Positions 39,710-52,171 of a stretch of 64,000 bases of DNA are shown in pieces. The notes beneath the pieces are model-generated. The model was not told where the DNA came from. It saw only the letters and a list, made by a program, of their open reading frames with translations, and searched no databases. The translations under genes and the position numbers were made by a program. The stretch is from Octopus sinensis (lineage: Eukaryota). Every line of letters starts with the position of its first letter. Within the stretch, counting starts at the first letter, position 1. The stretch lies in contig NC_043013.1 of NCBI RefSeq assembly GCF_006345805.1, forward strand, positions 55,242,001-55,306,000. Reading direction: 5' to 3'.

Positions 39710-39822
<113 letters not shown>

Positions 39823-40719
39823 CATATATATATATAAAATGGGTTTCTTTCAGTAGTTTTTATTTACCAAATTTGTCCTACCTTAAAAAACAAAGTTAAA
39901 AATAAATGAATAAAAACATACACTGTAATAAACAGTAGGCAACATCTCAAAAATTACAAATTAGTATATACAAAAAGAAAACTAAATAAATAAAATAAAG
40001 ACAATTAAAATAAATTAACAAGCTATTAGAATTAGATGGAATTTCAAGGTTGAATATGGAGGGAGAAAGGAATTTGAGTGAAGAATTTTATCTAAAGAAT
40101 TGGTGTGTGTTTTTATTTATTTTGTTTTAATTCCTTCTTTTTTTTTTCAGATAATAAGTTGTAAAAGTCTACAACTTTGGCAGAGAACAACTGGTAAACA
40201 AGACTTTGTCTTCATTTAGTTCCATGTTCTCATTAAGTGCTTATATCCCCTCTTTGTATTTCTTATCAGCTTCAAATATTTTTTATCTCTCTTTCCTTCC
40301 CCCCTCTCTCTCTCTCTCTCTTCATCTTTCTCTTCCTAGAGCTTTGTCAGTTATCTCTTCCTTTCGCACCGACCCAAAAGGGTAAAATTACATTCTCCTA
40401 ACTGATTCCAATCAATTTTACCTGCTGGAACTGGCAATAATCAAGCTTTGGATTTACTTTTTACTTGTTTATTTATTTATATTCCTTTGAAGACACAGAA
40501 AAAGAAAGAAAACAAAAAGGAAAGAAGTCCTTGAAGGGTCCTTATCAGAATCCTCTTTTATATAATTTACCTTCACTTTATTGAGTTGCAGTATCTCTTA
40601 GACCCAAAATGGTTAAAAAATAAAAAAAAGCAGGAGGAGAAAAAGACCAAAAGAGGAATTTGTGCCTGATTACCACCTAACTGTGGAAAATAATGTGTGC
40701 ATGTTTGTGTGTGTATGTG

Positions 40720-41010
40720 TGAGTGTGTGGACATTACATGTCCATACCAGCAGATGCACTGGTATGAAATGCATGTGGAAGGTAACATGTAGGTGAGGAA
40801 GTGTGAGGCAATTCATGCGAAACGATCCAATGGAAGAGGAAAACCAAGGAAGACTTTGGCAGACAACATGGTGAAGGCTAATCTCAGGAAACTGAACTTC
40901 ATACAAAAGATGACAAAGGAATGCAACAAGTGGAGGAGGGTGTTGCGTTAGAGAAAGGGTTTATCCAAGCCATGCAAACAGGGGAATATGGACAAACAAA
41001 TGATGATGAT
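40720..41010 (+). mobile_element. RTE C-terminal remnant
   Basis: CACTGGTATG...GGAAGAGGAAAACCAAGGAAGACTTTGG (GRGKPRKT) ... (GAT)n end. Confidence 0.6.
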
Positions 41011-41215
41011 GAGGAGGAGGACAACGACGATGGTGACATGTGTGTGCATCTATGTGTTTATACACCTTTGTAAATCATAACTCTTTGTGTGTGTTCAACT
41101 CCATGTTTAAACCAGGTGTGTGTGTGTTTTTATTTGTGCATGCCCATATATGTCATAAATATGTGTGCATCTATTAACTGCAAAAATTTAACAATAATTC
41201 ATGAGTGTGTGTGTG

Positions 41216-41289
<74 letters not shown>

Positions 41290-42089
41290 GTGATGCCAGG
41301 TCATCAGTGTTACTCAGGCTAATCACAGATTTCTCATAAGGCACATGCTTGCTCAAAGAATTTCATGTTTCCCACTTTATTTTTTGCCCCAATTGGCTCA
41401 TTTTTTATATCTAACACTATGTCTTTCTCCATTTCTAATTTAAGGTTTAAAACAAAGCAACCCTGCAAAACACAACTGATCTTTACACAAAGACACACAG
41501 AATAACAGCAATTCATATAACGACAGCAAAGGGCACAACAAACACCAGCGATCTGACCATCGCCTGTAATCTTGGACAAGAGATGCCAGTTACTCTTTTA
41601 CACCTAGGCTTATTCGTATTAGCCCAAGATGCTGGATAATTTTTCATTCCTTTAAGATTTTTGTAGACAGAAAACTTTGCATACATTGGAATTTAAATCT
41701 TAATCTTTGAATTTGAATTACTTTTAATTTTTACAATTATAGATAACAACTTGGGCTGTAACTTCTGAGCCCAAGTCAGGCATGTGTGAACAATATCGAG
41801 AGAAAGTTTGCTATGAATGGTATTTTTTGAGACAGAGCATCTCTAAGACCACTGCCAGAAGCTGAACAAAAATAAATGAACTGCTACCAGGTTCAATAAA
41901 GGGAGCCTGAGTCATTGGCTGGAATTACATACTTCAAGTCAGTGTTGGCAGAAATTAAATCAGCCGGCAATTACACATTCACTTTAATAAATTTATACTT
42001 GGAGCTAAGCCTGAACAACCTGAGTACCAGTGTTGCCACTGATATATATATATATATAATCAAAATAAGCAACAGGATATCAAGAGATG

Positions 42090-42169
42090 ATGCAGTACGA
42101 CCGTTTCAAGCGGCTCCATTTAATTGAACAAATGCATCAATTCAAATGCTGGGCTATCCTCAGCTGCAT
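42090..42169 (-). ncRNA. Type I hammerhead ribozyme motif, extended helix II
   Basis: Minus strand: AUGCAG-CUGAGGA-[long hairpin CAUUUGAAUUGA/UCAAUUAAAUG]-GAAAC-GGUC-GUA-CUGCAU. 6-bp helix I. ACGGUCGU self-pairs as a dimer with two G.U. Base of helix II imperfect. Confidence 0.7.
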
Positions 42170-42228
42170 AAATAGATAAATAAAATTTTTAATCAGCTGG
42201 ACTCATTAAAACTTCTCTTTATTTATTT

Positions 42229-42316
42229 ATGCAGCTGAGGATAGCCCTGCATTTAAATTGATGTAATGGTTGCATTGTTCAATTAAATGGAGCTCCTTGA
42301 AACGGTCGTACTGCAT
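42229..42316 (+). ncRNA. Type I hammerhead ribozyme motif, extended helix II
   Basis: ATGCAG (42229) CTGAGGA (42235-42241) ... GAAAC (42299-42303) GGTC GTA (42308-42310) CTGCAT. Same family as the adjacent - strand motif. Confidence 0.7.
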
Positions 42317-42511
42317 CACCTCTTGATATCCTGTTGCTTATTTTGATTTTATTCACCTTACTTTGAGTTTTACAGACAATACCACACTGATTTGGTGCTT
42401 CAACTTAAGTACCTAATTCATCTGAATCTCAATTATTTATTTATATATATATGTGTATATGTGTGTGTGTATATATATGTATATATATATATATATAAAT
42501 ATATATATGTG

Positions 42512-42542
<31 letters not shown>

Positions 42543-43102
42543 ATGTGTGTATATATATATATTTATATGCATGTGTGTATGTTTGTGTGTGTGCATATTT
42601 CTTGACACTAATCTGTCTATTCTACCCACCCACCCCAATTATTCATACTTACCACTTCAATTATATTGTTGTTGTACTTTCTAAAACGTTTTCTCTATTG
42701 ACAATTTCTCCAATTCCTTATTTTTTTCTTTTTCATTGTAAATAAATGTGTGTGTTTGTGTTTCTATGTGTTTGTGTTTGCTTATGACAGTTTGTGCATG
42801 TGAGAGTGAGTGTGTCTGCATGCATGTTTGTGTATACAATGCCTGTAACATATAGTGGCTGTGTGGTAAGAAGCCTGTGTGTGTGTGTGTCTTTTATAAA
42901 AGCTCATCCCCTGAAACCACAGTATTTGTTTTCCTTCCTTGTTATATCTTTTATTCCCAAAAGGCAACACAAGAACTTTTTCTTCCATTTCACTAATATT
43001 TCTTTGGTTTATATTTTCCCATTTCTGCCTCTTCTTTCTTTGTTACTTTTCACAAGTCTATCATTATTTTCTTGACCCCATAGTATCCTCACCTTCCTCC
43101 CT

Positions 43103-43142
<40 letters not shown>

Positions 43143-44015
43143 GCAGCAGCAGCAGCAGAAGCAGCAACAACAACAACAACCACAACAACAACAGCAGCAG
43201 CAACAAAATAATTTCAAAAGTATTCACGAGGAAGAAATTCTTTTTACCAAGTGTGTTTGCAAGCCAGACCATCAGACACAACTTCCTTCCATCCATCTCA
43301 CTGGTAGCTCATGGTTTAACTAATTTCATTGAACAATTTAAAACTTTTGCTCCTCTGTAAATTTTAGTCAAAACAGAAACAAACAAACATAGATATTTTC
43401 TGAAATATCTTCTTCATACTGCTCTGATGATTTACTCATGCTCCCTTTTCACCTCTCACAAATAAATCCACTTTCATAAATAGATTTTATATTCTCTAAA
43501 TATATGTTCTGCTACGTTGGTTTATCACTCCAAGCAAAAAACAAGAATTAATTTTAGTGTGTGTATGATTATGGAAGATTATTTAGGTCATAACTGAGAT
43601 GAGAAACAAAAACTTGTTCATCTAGTTATACCTGAAGCCTTGAAGCATACAATACCGAAGGAACCCAAGGGTCTTTTGGTAGGGAGATATTCTGCTGAAT
43701 CAATGAAATGGTAAAAGAAGTTGTTTTTATTTTCTTTTGATACTAGCAGACAATAAATAAGTAAAGGGAATGGGTAAGAGGGTGAATGGTTTTTCTTTAA
43801 CCTTTGGTCTCATCTGAAAACAGCTATATTCAAAAATGTCTCGACAAGAAACAATGTGAAAAGGATAAGGAAACCTAAATTCAGTACTAAGAGGGCAATG
43901 CATTAAAGATCTAACTGCACTTGAATCTAATATGTTGCATTTATGTGTCTGCAAATATATATATATTTATATATATATATATAGATAGATAGATAGGTAG
44001 ATAAATAGATGTATT

Positions 44016-44091
<76 letters not shown>

Positions 44092-44124
44092 CATATATAG
44101 ATATAGATATAGAGATATATATGT

Positions 44125-44161
<37 letters not shown>

Positions 44162-44188
44162 TAGATAGATTGATAGATAGATAGATAA

Positions 44189-44226
<38 letters not shown>

Positions 44227-44265
44227 TGATAAATAGATAGATTGATAAATAGATATATAGATAGA

Positions 44266-44329
<64 letters not shown>

Positions 44330-45914
44330 TGCATGTATGTATGTTTGTTTAGTTGTATGCCTGTATGTATATTTTGTCTTTTTAATAATACACAGCACAT
44401 CATAAGTGTCAGGTAAATGATATTGAACAGTAAAAGAAAACAGAACAACAGAAAGAAGCGTGCATACACACACACACATTTACACTTACATTTACACACA
44501 CACACATGCATATGTGTATACATGTCTATAAATATATACATTCATCCACAAATGACAAAATGCATTTGAAGTGAATAGAGAAAAAGAAGTTTCGGAATAT
44601 AATGTTGCTTCAAAATGATGGAATACAAAAGTTGGAGAATCACTAAGTGTAACTCTAGCTACAGTTGTAACCATGAGAGGAGAAGGAGGAGGAGGAGGAG
44701 GAGCAAGAGGTGTAGTAAAGTGTTTCTAGAGAGAGAGAGAGTGCTAGATCGGCATTTGGCAATATTAATGCAGGTTCAGAAGACCCCTCTTTACACAAGA
44801 ATAGAGATATACCAAAGTAGGAACTGCAGATAGATAAACATAAAACAAAAATGGAGTTAATATGAAATGATAAACAGAAGTATTGTAAGAATGGTTTTGG
44901 AAAATAGTCAACAGGAAATATAGATATTTCGTAAGAAAGCACTATATGTAGACAATGTTTACAGAATGAGTAGCAGTATGCTAATGAACTAATTAATTAG
45001 TGTTTGTGTCTATGGAGGTAATGTTGTCATTGAAGTCAATACTTTAGCATAAAAATCTTTAATGGAGAAAGACAGATGAAACAAGCACTCTCTCACCTTT
45101 TGAGTTCCAGATAATTCTTCAGATCCCATGTGAAATCTCTACCAATATTTTGGAATTCTCCTAATCTTATTTCTTAAGTAGAATAGTTCTGTAGGCGGGA
45201 GTCTTGTTTAGAGTTCCACACATACACACACATGCACAAACCCTCCCAAAACTCTTTTTTTCTGTGCCTAAGTATCATGTCACTATTTCCAATTTTCCAT
45301 AAAAACATGTCTGATCATGGGGAAAATATTACCTTAGTTTGAAATGGGGGCTGAAGGGGGGGGCATCAGGTTGTAGAAAGATCCACTTCAGCAAATTTCC
45401 ATCTGATTTGTGCAAGAGTAAAAAGTGGATGCTAAAATGATGCTATAAATTATGATATCTAATACACACACACACATATGACACATGCATTATGTAAATG
45501 TGCACATTAGATATCAATCTATGGTAATGTCTAAAATATTTATGACATATATTTAATGACTAACATGGTTATGTCTTTTGATTCTGGGAATTCATGAATC
45601 TGATTTGCCACAGTTGTTTGCAGCAGAATTATGAAGATACAGACGGTAAAATATTTAATGTCAGGACAAGAGTTAAAAATATTTTCTCATTATAACTGAA
45701 TTATTGCATTAGAAAGTAAAGGAGTCTAGACACTAAGAAAACACCAAGACTTAACAGTGACTAGAGTTACTTTAAATTTTACAGCAAATTTGGGAGAAAA
45801 CTGAATATGTTTTGATCTTATTCTGTGCTCATCAGTAAAACATAACCTTTTCTATGTCTGCAGAAATGGTGATGGAAATGTTTTCTTCCCTTATTTCTAT
45901 TCCTTATTGCACAG

Positions 45915-45972
45915 GACATCAATCAGTCTGTCAGTGGATGGTTCCAATACCATATTATTTTTTCTATGAGAA
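45915..45972 (+). other. Candidate 58-nt exon
   Basis: TTTTCTTCCCTTATTTCTATTCCTTATTGCACAG|G acceptor and GAA|GTGAGT donor. Two frames are open (DINQSVSGWFQYHIIFSMR or HQSVCQWMVPIPYYFFYE). Confidence 0.3.
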
Positions 45973-46199
45973 GTGAGTGTTAATCTCACATTCAGGCTTT
46001 CCCCATTTCTAGTTAAAGGAATTTTGTGAGTGATTCCCTTTTCCAGCCATTACTGTGTCAAAAGCAAATAATTTAGGGACTTAGCTGCATGAAAACAAGA
46101 GTTTATTTAGTGTTAACGTGTCTAGTGGATAGTGTATTAAAAATTCTAAAAAAATATTAATATGGCAAGAAAGCTGTGAGTTGGCACAGAAAAGCATCA

Positions 46200-47226
46200 G
46201 ACTAAGGACGGAGGTCTTCACAAGCACAGCAGTTGAAGGGTGCTTTTAACAGGCCAATTACACGACACTGGCGTCAGCCACAACTACAGACCCACTTAGC
46301 TTAACGGGTCTTCTCAAGCTTGGCATATCACCAAAGGTCTCAGTCACTTGTCATTGCCTCTGTGAGGCCCAACATTTGAAGATCGCGTGTCATCCCTTTC
46401 TCCCATATCTTCCTTGGTCTCCTTCTTCCACATGTTCCCCCCACCATTAGAGTGTGAAACTTCTTGACACAGCAGTCCTAGTCCATACACATCACATGAC
46501 CATACCAGTGCAGTTGTCTCTCTTGCACACCACATCTGATGCTTCTTATGCCCAGCTTTTCTCTCAGGTTATTTACACTCTGTTGTGCATGTACATTGAC
46601 ATTAGACGTCCAGCAAAGCATACTAGTCTCATTTCCTTCAAGCCTACGCATCTCCTTGGCAGTCACAACCCATGTTTCACTACCATGTAGCATGGCTGTT
46701 TGTACACAGGCATCATACAGTCTGCCTTTCACTCTGAAAAAGAGGGCCTTTTATTACCAGCAGAGGCAGGAGCTCTCTGAACTTTGCCCAGCCTATTCTC
46801 ATTCTAGCAGCTATGCTCTCAGGGCATCCACCCTGCCTCCCATTACTGACCTGTTCACTTAGATAACAAAAGCTATCATCTACTTATAGTTTTCCCTACT
46901 GGCATGTGATGAAATCTATTTTCTGTACATTTTTAGTGTTAATTGTACCTGTGCACCTTCCACACATAAAACCTATTTTCCTTGTTAACTTTGCTCTGAT
47001 ATTGCTGCATCATTTATGTGTCTATAGCTTACACAAGGTACAGCTTATGGAATTTCTGTCTACACCTTTTCTACACCTTTTCTACAGACTGATCTGGGCC
47101 ATCTACTTGAAGGGATTTCTGATTTGTCGGCTTTCCTACTTCTTTTTGGTTTTTGCAAGGTTAACTCTAAGGCCCATCAATTCTAGACCCTTTTCCACAC
47201 CAGAAACTTCTCTAGTTCTGGTAGTG

Positions 47227-47230
<4 letters not shown>
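46200..47230 (-). mobile_element. Older 5'-truncated RTE LINE of the same family as 33539-35915, including the PHD-like insert
   Basis: ORF 46478..46732 KGRLYDACVQTAMLHGSETW...WYGHVM. Upstream on -: LRVNLAKTK, VDRNSISCTLCKL*TH, FMCGRC. Confidence 0.9.
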
Positions 47231-47279
<49 letters not shown>

Positions 47280-47937
47280 TGTATGTATTTATCATGGACT
47301 CTACTGCCATTAGACGACATGAAGGTTCTGAAATTTCTTGCTGAACAACCAGACAGATGTCTTGTTGATTGGGATCAAATGCTTGTGTTGCACATAAGCC
47401 CATTCCCCACCATCAAATTGACATTAACTGCACAGGTGCATGACATGCCACATGTCATATGCCACATGTCAGATGCTGAAATGATGGCAGAGCAACATGA
47501 AATGAAATGTTTTGCTCTAGAACATAACTCAACACTTGATCTGGGAACTGAAACTCTTATCTCACAATCATGTGTGTAACACTCATATATATGTATATAT
47601 ATGTATGAATGTATGTATATATAGTTGGAATTTACAGAAAAACAAAAGACAAAGACAGGTGTATAAACAACAAACAGGTGTGTCAGTTTAACACTCAGGA
47701 AGGTGAGAAAGTCTTTCACATTTCCAGGCTAAGCTCTTTAAAAGAAAGGAATACAGAAAATAAACAGAGAGATAATAAAAAAAGCTTTAGGGGCTAATAG
47801 TCAGTCATGGTGGAGTGCAATAATGTCTTAAAAAATAAGATTAAAACATGGAACAGAAAATGATCCAATTAAAAGAGAGACTATTGCAAATCAATGTAGT
47901 CTTTCAATATATAAAAAATATATTGAAACCATTGTGA

Positions 47938-48890
47938 TTTCCTATAGATTACAAATGCCTGAAATTTTGTAGGGGATGGGGCAAGTCAGTTAAATCAACC
48001 TCAGTGCATAACTGGTATTTATTTCATTGACCTCAACTGGATGAAAGGCAAAGTTGATCTTGGTAGAATTTGAACTCAGAACATAAAGACTAAGCATTTT
48101 GTCCTGCATTCTAACAATTCAGCCACCTTACTGCTTAATGTATTTTATCATAATAAATACCATTTGTGACTCTTTCACAGTTTGTCATATACATGCATTT
48201 CTTCATGTTGTAAGGGGTGATTAAAAGGGCCAGTGTCAAGACGAGTAGCTGAACATAGAATCATCCACCCATGCCAACAACAAAAGGATGATGTACAATG
48301 ATGATGATTTTCTCTTTAAAGCCCCAAATAACAATAATTCTAATTTTGACACAAAGCTAGCAATTTTAAGGGACAGGGGCCATTTTATGACATCAACCCC
48401 AGTACCTGACTTGTGTTTATTTTATCAAAAGGATGTGTTATAACACTTTTCCACATATACAAAAACAGCCATACCCACAATCCAAAATACCTCCATCATC
48501 AGCTGCTCTACAGATATCATTATGGTTTTGACACCTGGGCAGTACCATTCAATCCGGTGGTGTCAACAGCAGTAAAATAAGTGTTGTTTGGGAACAAACA
48601 TACCAAAGAAACCACAATTTTCACACACATTTACCCTAAGAAAAATTGTATCTGTAAATCAATTCAATAAGTAAATTACAACCAACTCCAAATTATATAA
48701 TTAAACAGTGACTAATTCATTCAGTCATACAAAAATTATATTCCCTACCAACTTCTAGATGTAAACCTAAGCTAATCTTGGTAGAATTTGAACTCAGAAT
48801 GTTATAAGCAAAAAGAAGTGGTGCTAACCATTTTGTCTCATGCTCTAATGATTCTGCCAGCTCAGTACCTTCTAAATAGTAATAATAACG

Positions 48891-48958
<68 letters not shown>

Positions 48959-49145
48959 AAAAATAATGAAACTGGTTTTGAATTTGGCACAAAGCCAGCA
49001 ATGTTTTTTGAAAGAGGAAGTTAGTTAATAACACCAGTGCCACTGCTATTTATTTTATCAGACTGAAAAGGATGAGGAGCAAAGCTAACATTGGTTAAAT
49101 TTGAACCCAGAATCTTAAGAGCCAGAAAAATGCCAACTTCAACAA
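47938..49145 (-). mobile_element. Cluster of four degenerate family-A SINEs (about 47938-48130, 48335-48435, 48745-48870, 48970-49145)
   Basis: Three show GGATGA(A/G)...GCAAAG and/or A(A)TTTGAAC(T/C)CAGAA; the 48335 copy retains only the tail and central part. All have the same orientation. Confidence 0.65.
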
Positions 49146-50238
49146 CTCATCTCAGACATTTAAAGCAGAAAATTGCAACTAAAGTAAAAATAGTACAATT
49201 TTACTAATATTGGCAAGAATTTGGTTCAAAGTTCTTCATACTACAATGCCTTCAACAATTTTGACTATGTAAATGTGTACATGGAATATCAAGTTATTAA
49301 TTATTGCTTCAGCATCTCTGTGACACAGGCAGCAGATCTTACTTAAGCAGATATTCAAAATCAATCATCTTGAAATACAATTTCTCATGGCTGCTACTTC
49401 TTTACTCTGTCTATTCACCAGTCAAACAGTTCCAACAAACTTCACAACATCTTGAAGCATTTACCATTTTTTTTCACACAGTCTCTTTTCCACTGGCTAT
49501 TTTCTCCATATTCTTCAACTTTGTGATTTTTTTTTTATTTATTCTCTTAATAATTCACACATACACAAATCATATACATGCACAGACACTCATGAGCACA
49601 GAATTACACACACACACACACACGCATGCAGACACATATACACACAAATACAACAAGACACATATGAAATAAATAATACACTTCCATTGCAAACAAATAT
49701 TAGACGCTGTGTTTCTAGCAAGAAAATACACTCAGACATGCAGTGTGTATATGTGCATGTGCTTGTATTTGTCTATGTATCTGTCAAGATATATGTGTAT
49801 GCATATACATACTCTTTTACTTGCTTCAACCATTTGACTGTGGCCATGCTGGAGCACTGCCTTTAGTCAATCAAATCGACCCCAGGACTTATTACAGGGA
49901 TGTAAACACACCAGCATCGGTTGTCAAGCAATGCTGGGGGGACAAACACAGGCACACAAACATATACACACACATACATACATATATATATCTACATATA
50001 TACATGCATATATGTATATATATATATATATATAAGTAGGTGAATGAATTATCCTATGTTTATCGTCAGCATGGAAAATTCGTTTAACCGAAGCCTGGGT
50101 AGCATATTCACGTCAGAAAACACAGTTGAAGCGACCTGTCAAGGGTAGAAACTCCGGGTTCATGTGTAGAAATTTGTGTGTTGTATATGAATAAATGAAA
50201 GAATGGAGTCGAACGAAGATGTTAACAAAATTCCTTTA

Positions 50239-50320
50239 CTCTCGACACATGTTTCGAAGACAGCACGTTTTCATTCCAAAGGAATAAAGGGTGCATTATG
50301 CAATATTCTCATCAGGAAAA
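50239..50320 (-). ncRNA. Type I hammerhead ribozyme motif in a repeat spanning about 50036-50400
   Basis: Minus strand: UUUUC-CUGAUGA-GAAUAUUGCA...UGCUGUCUUC-GAAAC-AUGU-GUC-GAGAG. Helix III ACAUGUGU is one CpG transition from the palindrome ACACGUGU. Triplet GUC. Helix I has two G.U pairs. Confidence 0.7.
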
Positions 50321-50429
50321 AAAGGGAGCCTCTCTCGACAACAAGACAAACAAAAATTTCGATGATTGCCTACATGGTAAACAAAGCGATAATGAGTGTT
50401 TTTTTTTAAAAACCGTTAGAAAAATTGAC

Positions 50430-50855
50430 GTCAAAAATAGATAGTAGGAAGAGAAGGGATAAAGTAATAATAGGTAGGGAACAGTATGTTTGCTGTATGT
50501 ATGGAAATGTGTGGGTGTGTGCTTGTGTTAATGAGTGCGTGCGTTTGTGTGTGTGTATGTGTGTGCGTATAACTGCATTTGTGTCTGTGTGTGTGATTGT
50601 GTGAGAGAGAGAGAGACAGATGTCAAAGATAGATAGTAGGAAGAGAAGGGATAAAGTAATAATAGGTAGGGAACAGTATGTTTGCTGTATGCATGGAAAT
50701 GTGTGGGTGTATGCTTGTGTTAATGAGTGCGTGTCTTTGTGTGTGTGTATAACTGTATTTGTGTCTGTGTGTGATTGTGTGTGTGAGAGAGAGACAGACG
50801 TCAAAGATAGATAGTAGGAAGAGAAGGTATAAAGGAATAATATGTAGGGAACAAG
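50430..50855 (+). repeat. Tandem repeat, 2.3 copies of about 180-190 bp
   Basis: GTCAAA(A/G)ATAGATAGTAGGAAGAGAAGG at 50430, 50622 and 50800. Confidence 0.9.
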
Positions 50856-50932
50856 TGGAGAGGGAAGGGCACGTTGATTGAAAGAATGTTCGAAGGCTTA
50901 GGAAAGAATTTCTCTATAGCAGTGGGGTGGAC

Positions 50933-51413
50933 GTAAAGCTAATTGTTCAAACCACAGTGACTATCGTTATCATTTATATGAGTAGAAAGTGTGTTTCTGC
51001 CAGTGTTTACATTTGTACGATTTTTCTATGAGTGTGTTTACTAGGGGAACCTTAGAGAAAATAATATGGAAGAGTTCAGAGTTACAAATGTTACAAAATC
51101 TCCTGCCCTTATCAAAAGGAAAGGATACAGACAGTATGAACCAATCTAACTTGAAAATTATATTGTTGTCTTAAAGACAACAATATAATTTTCAAGTTAT
51201 ATTGGTTCATACACTCTGTATCCTTTCCTTTTGATAAGGGCAGGAGATTTTGTAACATTTGTAACTCTGAACTCTTCCATATTATTTTCTCTAAGGTTCC
51301 CCTAGTAAACACACTCATAGAAAAATCGTACAAATGTAAACACTGGCAGAAACACACTTTCTACTCATATAAATGATAACGATAGTCACTGTGGTTTGAA
51401 CAATTAGCTTTAC
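50933..51413. repeat. 481-bp near-perfect palindrome (240-bp arms, 1-nt centre)
   Basis: Centre GTCTT-A-AAGAC at 51173. I see 3 mismatches. Mirrored ORFs 50989..51174 (+) and 51112..51357 (-) confirm the symmetry. Confidence 0.95.
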
Positions 51414-51499
51414 TACTATATATATATATATATATATATATTACGGAGATGTACTCGCATAGCAAGTAATTTGATCTGAGATCGTGTGCTGAAACGAAA

Positions 51500-51777
51500 A
51501 CAATTGCAGCGTGGAAGGTGTTTATAAGCCATTTAAGAAACACACAAAAGCCGTTCGATTCACTCCAACATTTAAGTTTAATTTGTCAAAATATTTTCGT
51601 CACTAAAATCCGCGACCTGTTCACTGACAAAGTCCGTGCTGCACGGACTTTGTCAGTGAACAGGTCGCGGATTTTAGCGACGAAAATATTTTGACAAATT
51701 AAACTTAAATGTTGGAGTGAATCGAACGGCTTTTGTGTGTTTCTTAAATGGCTTATAAACACCTTCCACGCTGCAAT

Positions 51778-51780
<3 letters not shown>
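51500..51780. repeat. 281-bp near-perfect palindrome (140-bp arms, 1-nt centre)
   Basis: Centre GTCCGTGC-T-GCACGGAC at 51640. One mismatch seen (GTCACT vs AGCGAC). Confidence 0.95.
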
Positions 51781-51829
<49 letters not shown>

Positions 51830-52134
51830 TATATATACAACGGGCTTCTTTCAGTTTCTGTCGACCAAATCCACTCACAAGGGTTTGGTCAGCCTGAGGC
51901 TATAGTAGAAGACACTTGCCCAAGGTACCATGCAGTGGGACTGAACCCAGAACCATGTGGTTGCTAAGCAAGCTACTTACCACACAGCCACTCCTGTACC
52001 TATGTATATTTATTCATTCATATATAAATCCATATATAAATGTACATACATACATTCATATATACAAACATACGTATACACATATTTAAAAGCATGAAGC
52101 TATTAGTAGCTCTTTCATTTATACATACATACAA

Positions 52135-52171
<37 letters not shown>

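Larger units (their letters stand above)
42058..42430 (+). mobile_element. Penelope-like element terminus with inverted arms, each carrying a hammerhead
   Basis: 42058-about 42180 is the imperfect reverse complement of about 42218-42348. A unique tail continues to about 42430. Flanked by (TA)n-type tracts. Confidence 0.65.
49811..52001 (-). mobile_element. tRNA-derived SINE (family B) split by about 1.8 kb of nested insertions in its internal microsatellite
   Basis: Head at 51836-52001 (reverse complement of the intact head at 56271-56450). Tail at 49811-49960. Both are - oriented and both abut (TA/CA)n. Joining them into one element relies on my recollection of the family consensus. Confidence 0.55.

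Noticed and set aside
43085-43310. Mixed CAA/CAG tract resembling a polyglutamine exon
   Set aside because: The Gln frame has TAA immediately upstream and the Thr/Ala frame ends in TAA. No convincing splice sites bracket it, and similar tracts (7850, 11430, 21800) are generic microsatellites.
47700-47760. Possible hammerhead in the repeat at about 47605-47790
   Set aside because: Only a decayed outline remains on minus (..AGAGC-TTAG-CCTG-GAAATG); CUGANGA is absent. Counted only as a decayed homologue.
51646-51700. Hammerhead-shaped three-way junction in the second palindrome (TTTGTC / GTCGC-loop-GCGAC-GAAA-ATATTTT / GACAAA)
   Set aside because: The geometry and a palindromic helix III are suggestive, but the core reads AGTGAAC rather than CUGANGA and there is an extra base at the cleavage position. 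It is not callable as a hammerhead without a family alignment or assay.
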